Source: Gemmatimonadales bacterium
Lineage (GTDB): Bacteria; Gemmatimonadota; Gemmatimonadetes; Gemmatimonadales; GWC2-71-9
Reading direction: 5' to 3'
DNA: 64,000 nt
Assembly: GCA_044229445.1 (NCBI GenBank)
Contig: JBGASX010000010.1
Coordinates: forward strand, 1,106-65,105
This document shows, in pieces, positions 40,968-49,500 of this stretch. The notes below the pieces were generated by a model. It made no database searches. It had not been told where the DNA came from and saw nothing but the letters and a program-made list of their open reading frames with translations. The position numbers were made by a program, and so were the translations under genes. The first letter of the stretch is position 1. The number at the start of each line of letters is the position of its first letter.

Positions 40968-41740
40968 TGCCGTTGCGCCGCCCGCGGGGAACGGGACGGG
41001 AGCGCGGGCTGCTGTCGACGATCGCCGGACGGCGATTCGTCAAACAGGCCGGGATTGTCGCCGCCATGTTCCTGGTCGGCTATCTCGTCACCATCTTCTG
41101 GCTCTTCCCCGCACCGCTCATCCGGAAGGAGCACGCCGTCCCCCGCGTCATCGATGTCGGGGCGACGGAGGCCAGGCAGCGGCTCGAGGCACAGGGATTC
41201 CGGTTGCGGATCGAAGATCAGCAATCCGACCCCGGCGCCCCCAAGGGAACGGTCATCTGGCAGGATCCGCCACCGGGCGTCGTGATGCCGCCCAACAGCC
41301 AGATCGCTCTGATCGTCAGCGACGGCCCGCCCGATGTCCCGGTCCCCGACGTCGCAAGCTTTCCGCGGGCACTGGCCGAGCGGGTGCTTCGGGCGGCCGG
41401 CTTCACCGTGGGTAGAGCGGACACATTGCCGGCGGCGACCGAGGCCGGCATCGTGGTCCAGAGCCGACCCAGCCCCGGCGTCGGGCGCGCGGCGGGCACC
41501 CCCATCGATCTGGTGATAAGTTCGGGGCCGGCCGAGCTGACGATTCCCTCGCTGGTGGGACTGTCCCTGGCCCAGGCGCGGGAACAGATCGAAGCGCTCG
41601 GCCTTGTCGTCGGAGCCACGGGTGGCCGAGTCGTGCCAGGCCGCCCCGAAGGGCTGGTACTGGAACAGCGTCCGCAAGCGGGAACTCGAAGTCCCCGCGG
41701 CGGTAGAGTCGACCTCGTCGTGACCAGAAAGGGAAACTGA
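40967..41740 (+). CDS. Membrane-anchored protein with three PASTA domains
   Basis: One TM helix, then three VP.V.G/QxPxPG repeats. Confidence 0.85.
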   Translation: MPLRRPRGTGRERGLLSTIAGRRFVKQAGIVAAMFLVGYLVTIFWLFPAPLIRKEHAVPRVIDVGATEARQRLEAQGFRLRIEDQQSDPGAPKGTVIWQDPPPGVVMPPNSQIALIVSDGPPDVPVPDVASFPRALAERVLRAAGFTVGRADTLPAATEAGIVVQSRPSPGVGRAAGTPIDLVISSGPAELTIPSLVGLSLAQAREQIEALGLVVGATGGRVVPGRPEGLVLEQRPQAGTRSPRGGRVDLVVTRKGN

Positions 41741-42405
41741 TGGCCGTCCGTATTGCCCCAAGCATCCTCGCGACCGACCTCGGTCGGCTGCGCGAGCAGG
41801 TGGAGGCCGCGCTCGCCGGCGGCGCCGAATGGCTGCACATCGACGTGATGGATGGCCGCTTCGTGCCGAATCTCACGTTTGGCGCCCCTGTCATCCGGGC
41901 CCTGCGTCGCTTCACCGAAGTCCCGCTTGATGTCCACCTGATGGTGGTGGAGCCCGAACAGTACATCGCGGAGTATGCCGACCTGGGCGTGAACGTGTTC
42001 ACCTTTCACCCCGAGGCGACCACCCACGTACAGCGCCAGCTGGCGCAGATCCGCGCCCGGGGCATGGCCGCCGGCCTCGCGCTCAATCCGGCGAGCCCGC
42101 TGAGCCTGGTGGAAGAGGTGCTCGACGATCTCGACCTGCTGCTCATCATGAGCGTCAATCCCGGATTCGGCGGCCAGTCCTACATCCCCGCCGCCACCTC
42201 GAAGATTGCCCGGGCGCGGGCGATGCTCGATCGGACCGAGACCCGCGCGGCCCTCGAGGTCGATGGCGGCATCACGGTGGACACCATCGAGGCCGCTTGG
42301 CGGGCCGGGGCAGACACCTTTGTCGCCGGCACGGCCGTCTTCGGCCAGCCGGACATCGCCGGAGCGGTCCGTGCGCTGACGCGCTGCTGCACCGTGAAGG
42401 TGTAA
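41740..42405 (+). CDS. rpe: Ribulose-phosphate 3-epimerase
   Basis: IAPSIL, HIDVMDGRFVPNLTFG, MSVNPGFGGQ, EVDGGI. Confidence 0.97.
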   Translation: MAVRIAPSILATDLGRLREQVEAALAGGAEWLHIDVMDGRFVPNLTFGAPVIRALRRFTEVPLDVHLMVVEPEQYIAEYADLGVNVFTFHPEATTHVQRQLAQIRARGMAAGLALNPASPLSLVEEVLDDLDLLLIMSVNPGFGGQSYIPAATSKIARARAMLDRTETRAALEVDGGITVDTIEAAWRAGADTFVAGTAVFGQPDIAGAVRALTRCCTVKV

Positions 42406-42408
42406 CCG

Positions 42409-43005
42409 ATGTCGAAACAGTGGGTCCTGGTTCTGGCCGTGCTCGCCGGCCTCCTCATCGGAGGGACCGCGCTCGTCTTCTATGGCCCCGAGGTGCAGCC
42501 CGTCGCCGTCGGCAAGGAGGCTCCGGACTACACGGCCATGAATCTGCAGTCCGGCGACAGCATCGCGCTCCGGACGCACTACCGGGGGCACGTCACCCTC
42601 GTCAACATCTGGGCGACATGGTGCGTGCCCTGCCGCGTCGAGATGCCGGCGATGCAGCAGCTGTACGACTCCCTCTCCGGCCGAGGGTTCCGGATTGCCG
42701 CGGTGAGCATCGATCAGGAGGGGCCCGAAGTCGTCAGGCAGTTCGCGGGCGAGCTGAAACTGACGTTCGATGTCCTCCAGGATCGGAGCGGCAACATCCA
42801 GCAGGCGTACCAGACGACGGGCGTCCCGGAGAGCTTTCTGCTGGACAGCAACGGCGTGATCATGAAGCGGGTCATCGGCGCCCATGACTGGGCCTCCGCC
42901 GCCGACCGCGCCCTGATCCGACGCCTGCTCGGCGATGCCGGGCCCGCGTCGACTCCGCTGCAGGATCGGGCGCCGGCAGATTCCGTCCCCGCCACGGGGC
43001 GATGA
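42409..43005 (+). CDS. TlpA/ResA-family thiol-disulfide oxidoreductase
   Basis: N-terminal TM; VNIWATWCVPCRVEMP; GVPESFLLD. Confidence 0.9.
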   Translation: MSKQWVLVLAVLAGLLIGGTALVFYGPEVQPVAVGKEAPDYTAMNLQSGDSIALRTHYRGHVTLVNIWATWCVPCRVEMPAMQQLYDSLSGRGFRIAAVSIDQEGPEVVRQFAGELKLTFDVLQDRSGNIQQAYQTTGVPESFLLDSNGVIMKRVIGAHDWASAADRALIRRLLGDAGPASTPLQDRAPADSVPATGR

Positions 43006-44060
43006 TCCTCCTCGCCATCGAAACATCGTGTGACGAGACTTCCGCCGCGATCCTCCGGTGCGGCAGCGGTCCCGTCGCGCTTTCCAGCCTGGTGATCCTC
43101 TCGCAGGACATTCACCGGATCTTCGGCGGCGTGGTGCCGGAACTGGCGAGTCGCGCCCATCTCACCACACTGGGCAGTGTCGTCGATCAGGCCCTCGTCG
43201 AGGCCGGCGTGAGGCTTCCGGAGGTGGAGGGCGTCGCGGTCACGGCAGGCCCCGGTCTCGTCGGGGCTCTGCTGGTCGGCGTCATGTACGGAAAGACGCT
43301 CGCCCGGCGGCTGAACGTGCCCCTCCTGGGGGTCCACCACCTCGAAGGGCACCTCTTCGCGGCCACGCTGGAAGATCCCGACCTCCAGCCGCCATTCATC
43401 GCCCTGCTGGTGAGCGGCGGACATACCATGCTGCTCGACGTGGCCGCGTGGGGCCAGTACCGGCTGCTCGGAACGACTCGCGACGATGCAGCCGGGGAAG
43501 CGTTCGACAAAGTGGGTACACTGCTCGGGCTCCCCTATCCCGGGGGACCGGAGATCGAGCGGCTCGCCGCGACGGGGCGCCCAGGCCGGTACAAGTTTCC
43601 CCGTCCGATGCTTAACACGCTCCAGGAAGACGGCCCGGATCGCTTCAGCTTTTCCTTCTCGGGGCTGAAGACGGCCGTCCTCCGGGCGGTCCAGTCCAGC
43701 GACGACCTCGAGCGGGACCGTGCCGATCTGGCCCGTGCCTTCCAGGACGCCGTGCTCGCAGTCCTCGTGGAGAAGGCCTACGCCGCGATGAGTGACCTGG
43801 GATACTCCACGCTCGTCATCGGCGGGGGGGTGGCGTGCAATCGTGCGCTCGCCGCACTGGCGAAGACCCGGGTCGACAGTGCAGCCCGCGTCGTGGTTGC
43901 CTCGAACCGCCTCAACACCGATAATGCCGCGATGATTGGCGCCGCCGCCGCGTTCCGCCTGGCCCGCGGCGAACAGAGCGGCAGCGATCTCGAACCACGC
44001 GCAGACCTCCCCTTCCCCGGTCTCGTGTCCACTTCGGCCCCGGCGGGAACCGCCCGATGA
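43002..44060 (+). CDS. tsaD: tRNA N6-adenosine threonylcarbamoyltransferase
   Basis: IETSCDETS, GGVVPELASRAH, HHLEGH, DDAAGEAFDK, TDNAAMI. Confidence 0.96.
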   Translation: MILLAIETSCDETSAAILRCGSGPVALSSLVILSQDIHRIFGGVVPELASRAHLTTLGSVVDQALVEAGVRLPEVEGVAVTAGPGLVGALLVGVMYGKTLARRLNVPLLGVHHLEGHLFAATLEDPDLQPPFIALLVSGGHTMLLDVAAWGQYRLLGTTRDDAAGEAFDKVGTLLGLPYPGGPEIERLAATGRPGRYKFPRPMLNTLQEDGPDRFSFSFSGLKTAVLRAVQSSDDLERDRADLARAFQDAVLAVLVEKAYAAMSDLGYSTLVIGGGVACNRALAALAKTRVDSAARVVVASNRLNTDNAAMIGAAAAFRLARGEQSGSDLEPRADLPFPGLVSTSAPAGTAR

Positions 44061-44887
44061 ACATCTACCCTCTGATCTTCAAGCTGGGTCCCCTCGAGAT
44101 CACCGGTTACGGCATCATGATGATGGTCGGCTTCCTGATGGGAGGCTGGCTGATCACCCTCGAACTCAGGCGTCGCGGCCTCTACGAGGAGTACGCGGCC
44201 GACATCACGGTGGCCGCCGTTGTCGGGGGCATCGTCGGCGCCAAGCTCTGGTACTGGGTCCTCAACGGCGGCAGCCTCTTCTCCCGAGGCGGACTGGTGT
44301 GGTATGGCGGGTTCGTGGGGGGCTTCCTCGCGGTCATGCTCAATGGCTGGCGGCTGAAGGTCCCCATCCGGTGGACCTTTCACCTGTGCGCTCCCGCACT
44401 CGCCGCGGCCTACGCCCTTGGCCGGATCGGGTGTTTCATCGTCAATGATGATTACGGCCACCCCACCACCCTCCCGTGGGGCGTGAAGTTTCCCCAAGGA
44501 CTGCCACCGTCCACCGCGCTGAATCTCCAGGAGCAGTTCGGCATTCCGATGGCACCCGGCACGGACCCTGCCACAGTGCTGGCCGTCCACCCGACCCAGC
44601 TCTATGAAGCGACGCTGATGCTGATCGCGTTTGCCCTGCTGTGGCGGCTGCGACTGCGGGCGCGCCCGACCGGCTGGATCTTCGGCATTTACCTGATTTG
44701 TGCAGGGGTGGAGCGGTTTCTCATCGAGATCGTAAGAGCAAAGGATGACAGGATCTTCGGCCCGCTGACGATCGCCCAGGCAGTGAGTATCGGGCTCGTG
44801 GCCGGCGGAGTCTTCCTGATGACAACGTTGGCGAAGAGCGAGGACATCGCCGCTGGCCCGTACCTGAACAAGGCAGCTGGCGGCTAG
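44057..44887 (+). CDS. lgt: Prolipoprotein diacylglyceryl transferase
   Basis: GGLVWYGG, GRIGCF, PWGVKFP, HPTQLYE, RFLIEIVR. Confidence 0.92.
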   Translation: MNIYPLIFKLGPLEITGYGIMMMVGFLMGGWLITLELRRRGLYEEYAADITVAAVVGGIVGAKLWYWVLNGGSLFSRGGLVWYGGFVGGFLAVMLNGWRLKVPIRWTFHLCAPALAAAYALGRIGCFIVNDDYGHPTTLPWGVKFPQGLPPSTALNLQEQFGIPMAPGTDPATVLAVHPTQLYEATLMLIAFALLWRLRLRARPTGWIFGIYLICAGVERFLIEIVRAKDDRIFGPLTIAQAVSIGLVAGGVFLMTTLAKSEDIAAGPYLNKAAGG

Positions 44888-44890
44888 CTC

Positions 44891-45003
44891 GGCGATTTCT
44901 TCCTGTCGGAACTTTATGCCGGAATATTTTGCCTGTTCCGGCATTTTTTGCCTATGGCGAAATATGGCGTTTTTGCCTAAGTGCTTTTTTGTGAGTCACT
45001 TAG
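44891..45003. promoter_or_regulatory. AT-rich upstream activator region: repeated GG(C/A)-N7-(G/T)CC boxes plus CTAAGTG-N13-CACTTAG inverted repeat (possible enhancer and IHF-like site)
   Basis: GGCGATTTCTTCC 44891, GGAACTTTATGCC 44908, GGAATATTTTGCC 44921, GGCATTTTTTGCC 44940, GGCGTTTTTGCC 44966; inverted repeat at 44977-45003. Lies about 40-155 bp upstream of the predicted sigma54 start. Confidence 0.6.
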
Positions 45004-45017
45004 CTGAATTGTGATAT

Positions 45018-45034
45018 TTGGCACACCGCCTGCT
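45018..45034 (+). promoter_or_regulatory. Sigma54 (-24/-12) promoter
   Basis: TTGGCACACCGCCTGCT versus consensus TGGCAC-N5-TTGCW; GG 45020-21 and GC 45032-33 are exactly 10 nt apart. Confidence 0.8.
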
Positions 45035-45044
45035 ATATGGGTGA

Positions 45045-45297
45045 AGTGAAGCGCTACGGCGCGATCGAAAAGTGGCGGGCCGAAGAAGAGTGGGGCGGAC
45101 ATCTCCGTTCGTTCCCGAAAAACTCAGGGGGCGGCCTGTCACCTCCCAGTGGCATCTGGAAACCGAATCAGGTGCCGAACAGAGTGGTAAGCCGAAGAAG
45201 AGTGGAGCGAACATCCGGTTCGCCTCCGTCCACAACTCAGGGGGCGGCTTGCCACCGCACGACGACAAAGGCCTGCCAAGTGGCAGGCCTTTGTCAT
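45045..45297 (+). ncRNA. Candidate structured small RNA with two tandem homologous domains (family not recognised)
   Basis: Lies between the sigma54 promoter and a terminator. 5' C(UACG)G hairpin 45051-62; domain 1 45072-45142; hairpin 45151-45176; domain 2 45184-45255. All non-canonical pairs are G-U on the + strand, and stems covary between the copies. Confidence 0.75.
45264..45295. terminator. Intrinsic terminator, probably bidirectional
   Basis: Perfect inverted repeat GACAAAGGCCTGCCA-AG-TGGCAGGCCTTTGTC between the convergent candidate ncRNA and the FTR1 gene; U-tracts are short. Confidence 0.8.
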
Positions 45298-45315
45298 TGT
45301 GATCGCTGCGGGCGT

Positions 45316-47454
45316 TCAGCGCGTGCGGGGCGACGACTTCTGGAGCATCCCCTTGAGCCGTTCCACCTCGGCGCGCAGCGCCGCAAGATCGGCGTCCATC
45401 CGGTCCAGCGACCGGATCATATCGGCCTCCAGGCGCATCGGTCGCTCAACGGGGATCGCCGATGAGAGCACGTCAGGTGCTTCGCTCCTCGCCGGGCCTG
45501 CAGCTTCCGGCACCAGCACGCTGGTGACGGCCAGCCGGCGTGGCTCGATCACGAACGTCCAGAGCAGGCCGGCGACGAACAGCACGAGCAGCACCACCTG
45601 CAAGGCAAGCGATTCCGCCGTCGGATAGATTCCGAGCGCCGGAATTCGGGGTGCCCAGGTGAGCACGGTCGTCCCGATCAGCCCGCCCTCCTGCAACTCC
45701 GCAATCCCCTTCCCGGCGAACACGAAGGCCATGTAATAGAGGAAGGCGCTCGTGAAACCGAAGAAGGGTTTGAGGGGGATCTTCACGCCCCACCGGTTGA
45801 TGCCGTAGTAGACCACTGCCAGAGAGATACCGCCGGCGAGCATGCCGAGCAGCACCGGCAGGATCGAGCCGGTGCCCGCCAGGAACAGCGCCTTGTAGAA
45901 CAGCACCGTCTCGAATCCCTCGCGGTAGACGGCGAGGAACGCCACCGATGCGAGGGCAAGCGCGGAACCGCTGGAGACGGCGTCCTGAACCCGTCCCTTC
46001 ACGAAGCGGTTCCACTTCGCCACCTCCATCTTCGACAGCAGCCAGTAGCTCACATAGAACAGCATCGCCGTCGCGACGAGCATCACTCCACCTTCGAGCG
46101 CCTCCTGGCTGGTGCGACCGACCTGAAAGATGGTCTCCAGCAGCAGGGCGGTCAGCAGACTCGCCCCGACCGCGGCACCGACGCCGATGTGGATGTCCCG
46201 GCGACGATGGCCCGCCCCGGTCTTCAGGAGAAACGCCATCAGGGCACCGACGACCAGTATGGCCTCCAGTCCCTCACGCAGAAGCAGGATGAACGACTGA
46301 AAGAAGAGGTTGAGGGGGGACAGCTGGTCCCCAATCGTCCGCTCAGCGTTCTCCAGATCGCTGAGCAGTCGAAGGTGGATGTCCCGCAGTTCGGCGGCGG
46401 TGGCGCCGCCGGCCGCACGGGTCCGGAGCGCGGCAAAATCCGCCTCGAGTCCGTCGGCAAGACCGGCGTTCTTCGCCCGCACACCGCGCTCGACCTTCTC
46501 GAAGGTCATGTAGGCGTCGAAGGCCGTTGAACTGGCGCGCTCCCCTTCCCCGGCGGCCGCATGCTCGAGAGCACTGTCGAGCTGGGACCGAACCGCCGTG
46601 AAGACCAGGGCCGCATCATCCGGGCGGGTTTCCGCGGTTCCAAAGGTGCGGACCGCCGCAATCCGGGCACGGACCTCCGGGGAATCAACGCCTTGTCCCG
46701 GCGCCATCGCGGCCGCCAGTTCGGCGTCCGTCATGCGGGCAGTGGCCGCAAATTCGCGGAGCGCCGCCGAGACCTCGCCGCGTGGCGCGGGGAGGCGGAG
46801 CAGTGTGGCATAAACGGCCGCGGCCCAGCGATCGTCGGCGCTCAGCCGGGTCTCGTAGGCCGGCATCGCGGTGCCGGCAACGCCGATGGTGGTGCGTCGG
46901 TAATAGTCGAGCGGAGAGACTGCGGTCAGCTTGCGAAAATCCGTGAGGTCGGCAGGCGGCGGCGTGAGCGTGGCGCCCGCCACTCCATCCCCCCGGCCGG
47001 CGGGCCCATGACAGCTCGCGCACTGCGACTGGAAGACTTCGGCTCCGCGGGTCAGGAGGGGCTGACGCACCGGTATCTCGTCGAGTGTCACGCCGAGCCG
47101 AGCGGCGAGGGCCTCCGCCAGCAGGCGCGATCGCAGCGCGACCGAGTCGGCCGGCGCGATACGCGCGACCATCGCGACCATCGAATCCAGGCCGGCGATG
47201 GCAAGCTTCGACGCGTCGGCCGGCAACAACCCGGCGGTTCGACGCGCCTCGCTCAGGAAGAGCTTCGCCTCTTCGACTTCCGCAGCCGCAACGACCTTAC
47301 CGGCCTGGACGCCGACGCCATATTCCTGGGCCGCCAGAGCGGTGGTCGCGGCGATCCGCCTCACGGCCGGGGCCTGATCACCCTGATCGGGAAGCGGAGT
47401 GGCCGGGCCTGCGAAGAGGCTCGAAAGCGCTGACGTCACCAAAATGAGAAACAT
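45316..47454 (-). CDS. Cytochrome c / FTR1-family iron permease fusion
   Basis: CASCH heme motif; REGLE and REGFE ion-transport motifs in a 7-TM FTR1 domain. Start is ATG 47454 or GTG 47439. Confidence 0.9.
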   Translation of the reverse strand: MFLILVTSALSSLFAGPATPLPDQGDQAPAVRRIAATTALAAQEYGVGVQAGKVVAAAEVEEAKLFLSEARRTAGLLPADASKLAIAGLDSMVAMVARIAPADSVALRSRLLAEALAARLGVTLDEIPVRQPLLTRGAEVFQSQCASCHGPAGRGDGVAGATLTPPPADLTDFRKLTAVSPLDYYRRTTIGVAGTAMPAYETRLSADDRWAAAVYATLLRLPAPRGEVSAALREFAATARMTDAELAAAMAPGQGVDSPEVRARIAAVRTFGTAETRPDDAALVFTAVRSQLDSALEHAAAGEGERASSTAFDAYMTFEKVERGVRAKNAGLADGLEADFAALRTRAAGGATAAELRDIHLRLLSDLENAERTIGDQLSPLNLFFQSFILLLREGLEAILVVGALMAFLLKTGAGHRRRDIHIGVGAAVGASLLTALLLETIFQVGRTSQEALEGGVMLVATAMLFYVSYWLLSKMEVAKWNRFVKGRVQDAVSSGSALALASVAFLAVYREGFETVLFYKALFLAGTGSILPVLLGMLAGGISLAVVYYGINRWGVKIPLKPFFGFTSAFLYYMAFVFAGKGIAELQEGGLIGTTVLTWAPRIPALGIYPTAESLALQVVLLVLFVAGLLWTFVIEPRRLAVTSVLVPEAAGPARSEAPDVLSSAIPVERPMRLEADMIRSLDRMDADLAALRAEVERLKGMLQKSSPRTR

Positions 47455-47459
47455 TCTCA
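47445..47459. promoter_or_regulatory. Fur-box-like operator
   Basis: TGAGAAA-C-ATTCTCA 7-1-7 inverted repeat at the 5' end of the iron permease gene. Confidence 0.65.
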
Positions 47460-47558
47460 ACCGATCTTGATTGACAGGAGTCAAACTACGGGGCGAGCAT
47501 CGGAATTGGAAGTACCGTCCCGATTCGGGCGCTCCACCGGCCTGCTAGCTTTCCAGAC

Positions 47559-49109
47559 ATGCCGACGATTCCAGCGATCGATCCAGCCACCGGGGCCGTC
47601 TTCGCCGAGACACCCGAGGCCTCCATGGCTGAGGTCGTGCTTGCCATGCAGGGTGCCAGGGCAGCGCAGCCGGGATGGGCCGCTCGCCCCCTCGCTGAGC
47701 GCCGGGCAATCATTGCGAACTTCCAGCGACTGCTCTACAGCCGCCGGCAGGAGATGGCCGAGCTGATCACCCGGGAGAACGGGAAGCCCCTGGGCGAGGC
47801 ACTTCTCACCGATGTCGCGGTCACGCTGGATCTGGCGCGGTTCTACCTCGCGGGGGCCGACTCGATCCTCCGGCCGCGGCGGATCCCGCATGGGAACATC
47901 GCCTTCCTGGGCAAGCGCGGCCGCCTGCACTGGGAGCCGCTGGGCGTGATCGCCGTCATCTCTCCCTGGAATTATCCGCTCCTGCTGCCCTTCGGGGAGC
48001 TGCTGCCCGCCCTGCTCTCGGGGAATGCCGTGCTCCTCAAGCCGAGCGAGTTCACGACGAGGACGGCGGCGTTCGGGATCGAGCTGCTGCATGAGGCCGG
48101 GGTGCCGCCTGCGGTCTGCCAGCTCGTCCCGGGAGCGGGGGAGGTCGGCGCCGCGCTCATCGCGGAAGCACCTGACAAGATCTTCTTCACCGGAAGCGCC
48201 CGCACCGGGCGGAAGGTCGCGGTCGCCGCGGCGGAGCGGTTCATCCCCGTCAGCCTCGAACTCGGCGGCAGCGACGCCTGCATCGTGCTGGCCGACGCTG
48301 ACCTCGAGCGTGCAGCCAGCGGCTCACTGTGGGCGCGATTCACCAACGGCGGGCAGACCTGTGTCGCCGCCAAACGAGTCATCGTCGAGCAGCCCATCTA
48401 CGATCAGTTCGTAACCGTGCTGGTCGAGAAGGTCCGTACCCTGATCGTCGGCGCGGGGGCGGAGCCGGGCGTGGACATGGGGCCTATGATCCGGGAAAGT
48501 CAGCTCGTCGAGTTGGAGCGGCAGCTCGCCGCCGCGACCGCCGCGGGAGCTACGATCCGGACGGGCGGCCGGCGCCGTCCCGACCTCGGTCCCACCTTCT
48601 TCGAACCGACGGTCGTCACCGACCTGCCGCTCGACTCGCCGCTGTGGCGCGAGGAGGTCTTCGGACCGGTCATGCCGGTGGTTCCCGCCCGGGACGCGGA
48701 GGACGCGCTGCGTCTCGCCAACGACTCCGCCTACGGGTTGTCTGGCAGTGTCTGGACCGGCGACCGGGATCGAGGAGTCGCGCTGGCGCGGCGGATCCAC
48801 GCGGGCGCCGTCCTGGTGAACGACGCCACCTGTCATGTCGGGATCGCCGAGGTCCCGCACGGGGGGGAAAGGGAGTCGGGGCTGGGACGAACGCATGGCG
48901 AGATCGGGCTGCTCGAGACCTGCCGTCCACGCTACGTCGGAAGCGATCTGCTGGACTGGATCCGGAAGCCCTGGTGGTTCGGCTACCATCACGAGAGCTA
49001 TGGCAACCGGGACGCCTTCCTGCGCTTCGCCTTCGCCCCGTCCCTGCTCGATCGGCTTCGGGCGGCCCCGAAGGCGCTCGGCCTGCTCTTCAACCGGCGC
49101 GCGGTGTAG
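47559..49109 (+). CDS. Aldehyde dehydrogenase family protein
   Basis: ISPWNYP, LKPSE, FTGS, LELGG, NGGQTCVA, EEVFGPV, YGLSGSVW. Confidence 0.93.
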   Translation: MPTIPAIDPATGAVFAETPEASMAEVVLAMQGARAAQPGWAARPLAERRAIIANFQRLLYSRRQEMAELITRENGKPLGEALLTDVAVTLDLARFYLAGADSILRPRRIPHGNIAFLGKRGRLHWEPLGVIAVISPWNYPLLLPFGELLPALLSGNAVLLKPSEFTTRTAAFGIELLHEAGVPPAVCQLVPGAGEVGAALIAEAPDKIFFTGSARTGRKVAVAAAERFIPVSLELGGSDACIVLADADLERAASGSLWARFTNGGQTCVAAKRVIVEQPIYDQFVTVLVEKVRTLIVGAGAEPGVDMGPMIRESQLVELERQLAAATAAGATIRTGGRRRPDLGPTFFEPTVVTDLPLDSPLWREEVFGPVMPVVPARDAEDALRLANDSAYGLSGSVWTGDRDRGVALARRIHAGAVLVNDATCHVGIAEVPHGGERESGLGRTHGEIGLLETCRPRYVGSDLLDWIRKPWWFGYHHESYGNRDAFLRFAFAPSLLDRLRAAPKALGLLFNRRAV

Positions 49110-49500
49110 CCGGCCCGGAGCGCACCAGAATCGCAACCGCACCCGCGGTCGCGTCGGAGTGCGAGAGCGACAGCTCGAAGTGCAGCGGCCCGTGGCGCTC
49201 CGTCAGGTCCTTTGCGAGCCCGGAGAGCGTCAGGAAGGGACGGCCCTCGGTCTCCCGCTGCACTTCCAGGTGGTGCCAGCTCACCGCTCTCGCGCCAGGC
49301 AGGATCTGCAGTGCCTTGTAGGCCGCTTCCTTGGCCGCGATGCGTGCGGCGATGTGCATGGCGGGGCGGTGGCGGCCCACCACGTAGACGCGCTCGCCCT
49401 CGGTCAGGAACCGGGCGAGGACCCGGTCACCGTGGCGGAGCAGCATCCGCTCCACGCGGGCGATATCGACGAGATCGATCCCTACCCCGATCAGTTCCAC
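49090..49500 (-). CDS. acpS: Holo-[acyl-carrier-protein] synthase
   Basis: IGVGIDLVDIAR, AARIAAKEAAYKA, LSLSHS. Confidence 0.93.
   Translation of the reverse strand: MELIGVGIDLVDIARVERMLLRHGDRVLARFLTEGERVYVVGRHRPAMHIAARIAAKEAAYKALQILPGARAVSWHHLEVQRETEGRPFLTLSGLAKDLTERHGPLHFELSLSHSDATAGAVAILVRSGPATPRAG

Noticed and set aside
45072-45255. Tandem glycine riboswitch (CCGAAG..AG / CUCAGG resemblance, two tandem domains)
   Set aside because: It lacks the GGAGA junction and P2 three-way architecture, and there is no downstream same-strand gene to regulate because the next gene is convergent. A cmscan would settle this.
45072-45255. Mini CRISPR array
   Set aside because: There are only two long, divergent, structured copies with no repeat-spacer periodicity and no cas genes.
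45037-45465. 142-aa ORF, and shorter overlapping ORFs, across the candidate ncRNA
   Set aside because: It starts upstream of the predicted TSS, runs through the terminator into the antisense of FTR1, and has no SD or recognisable motif.
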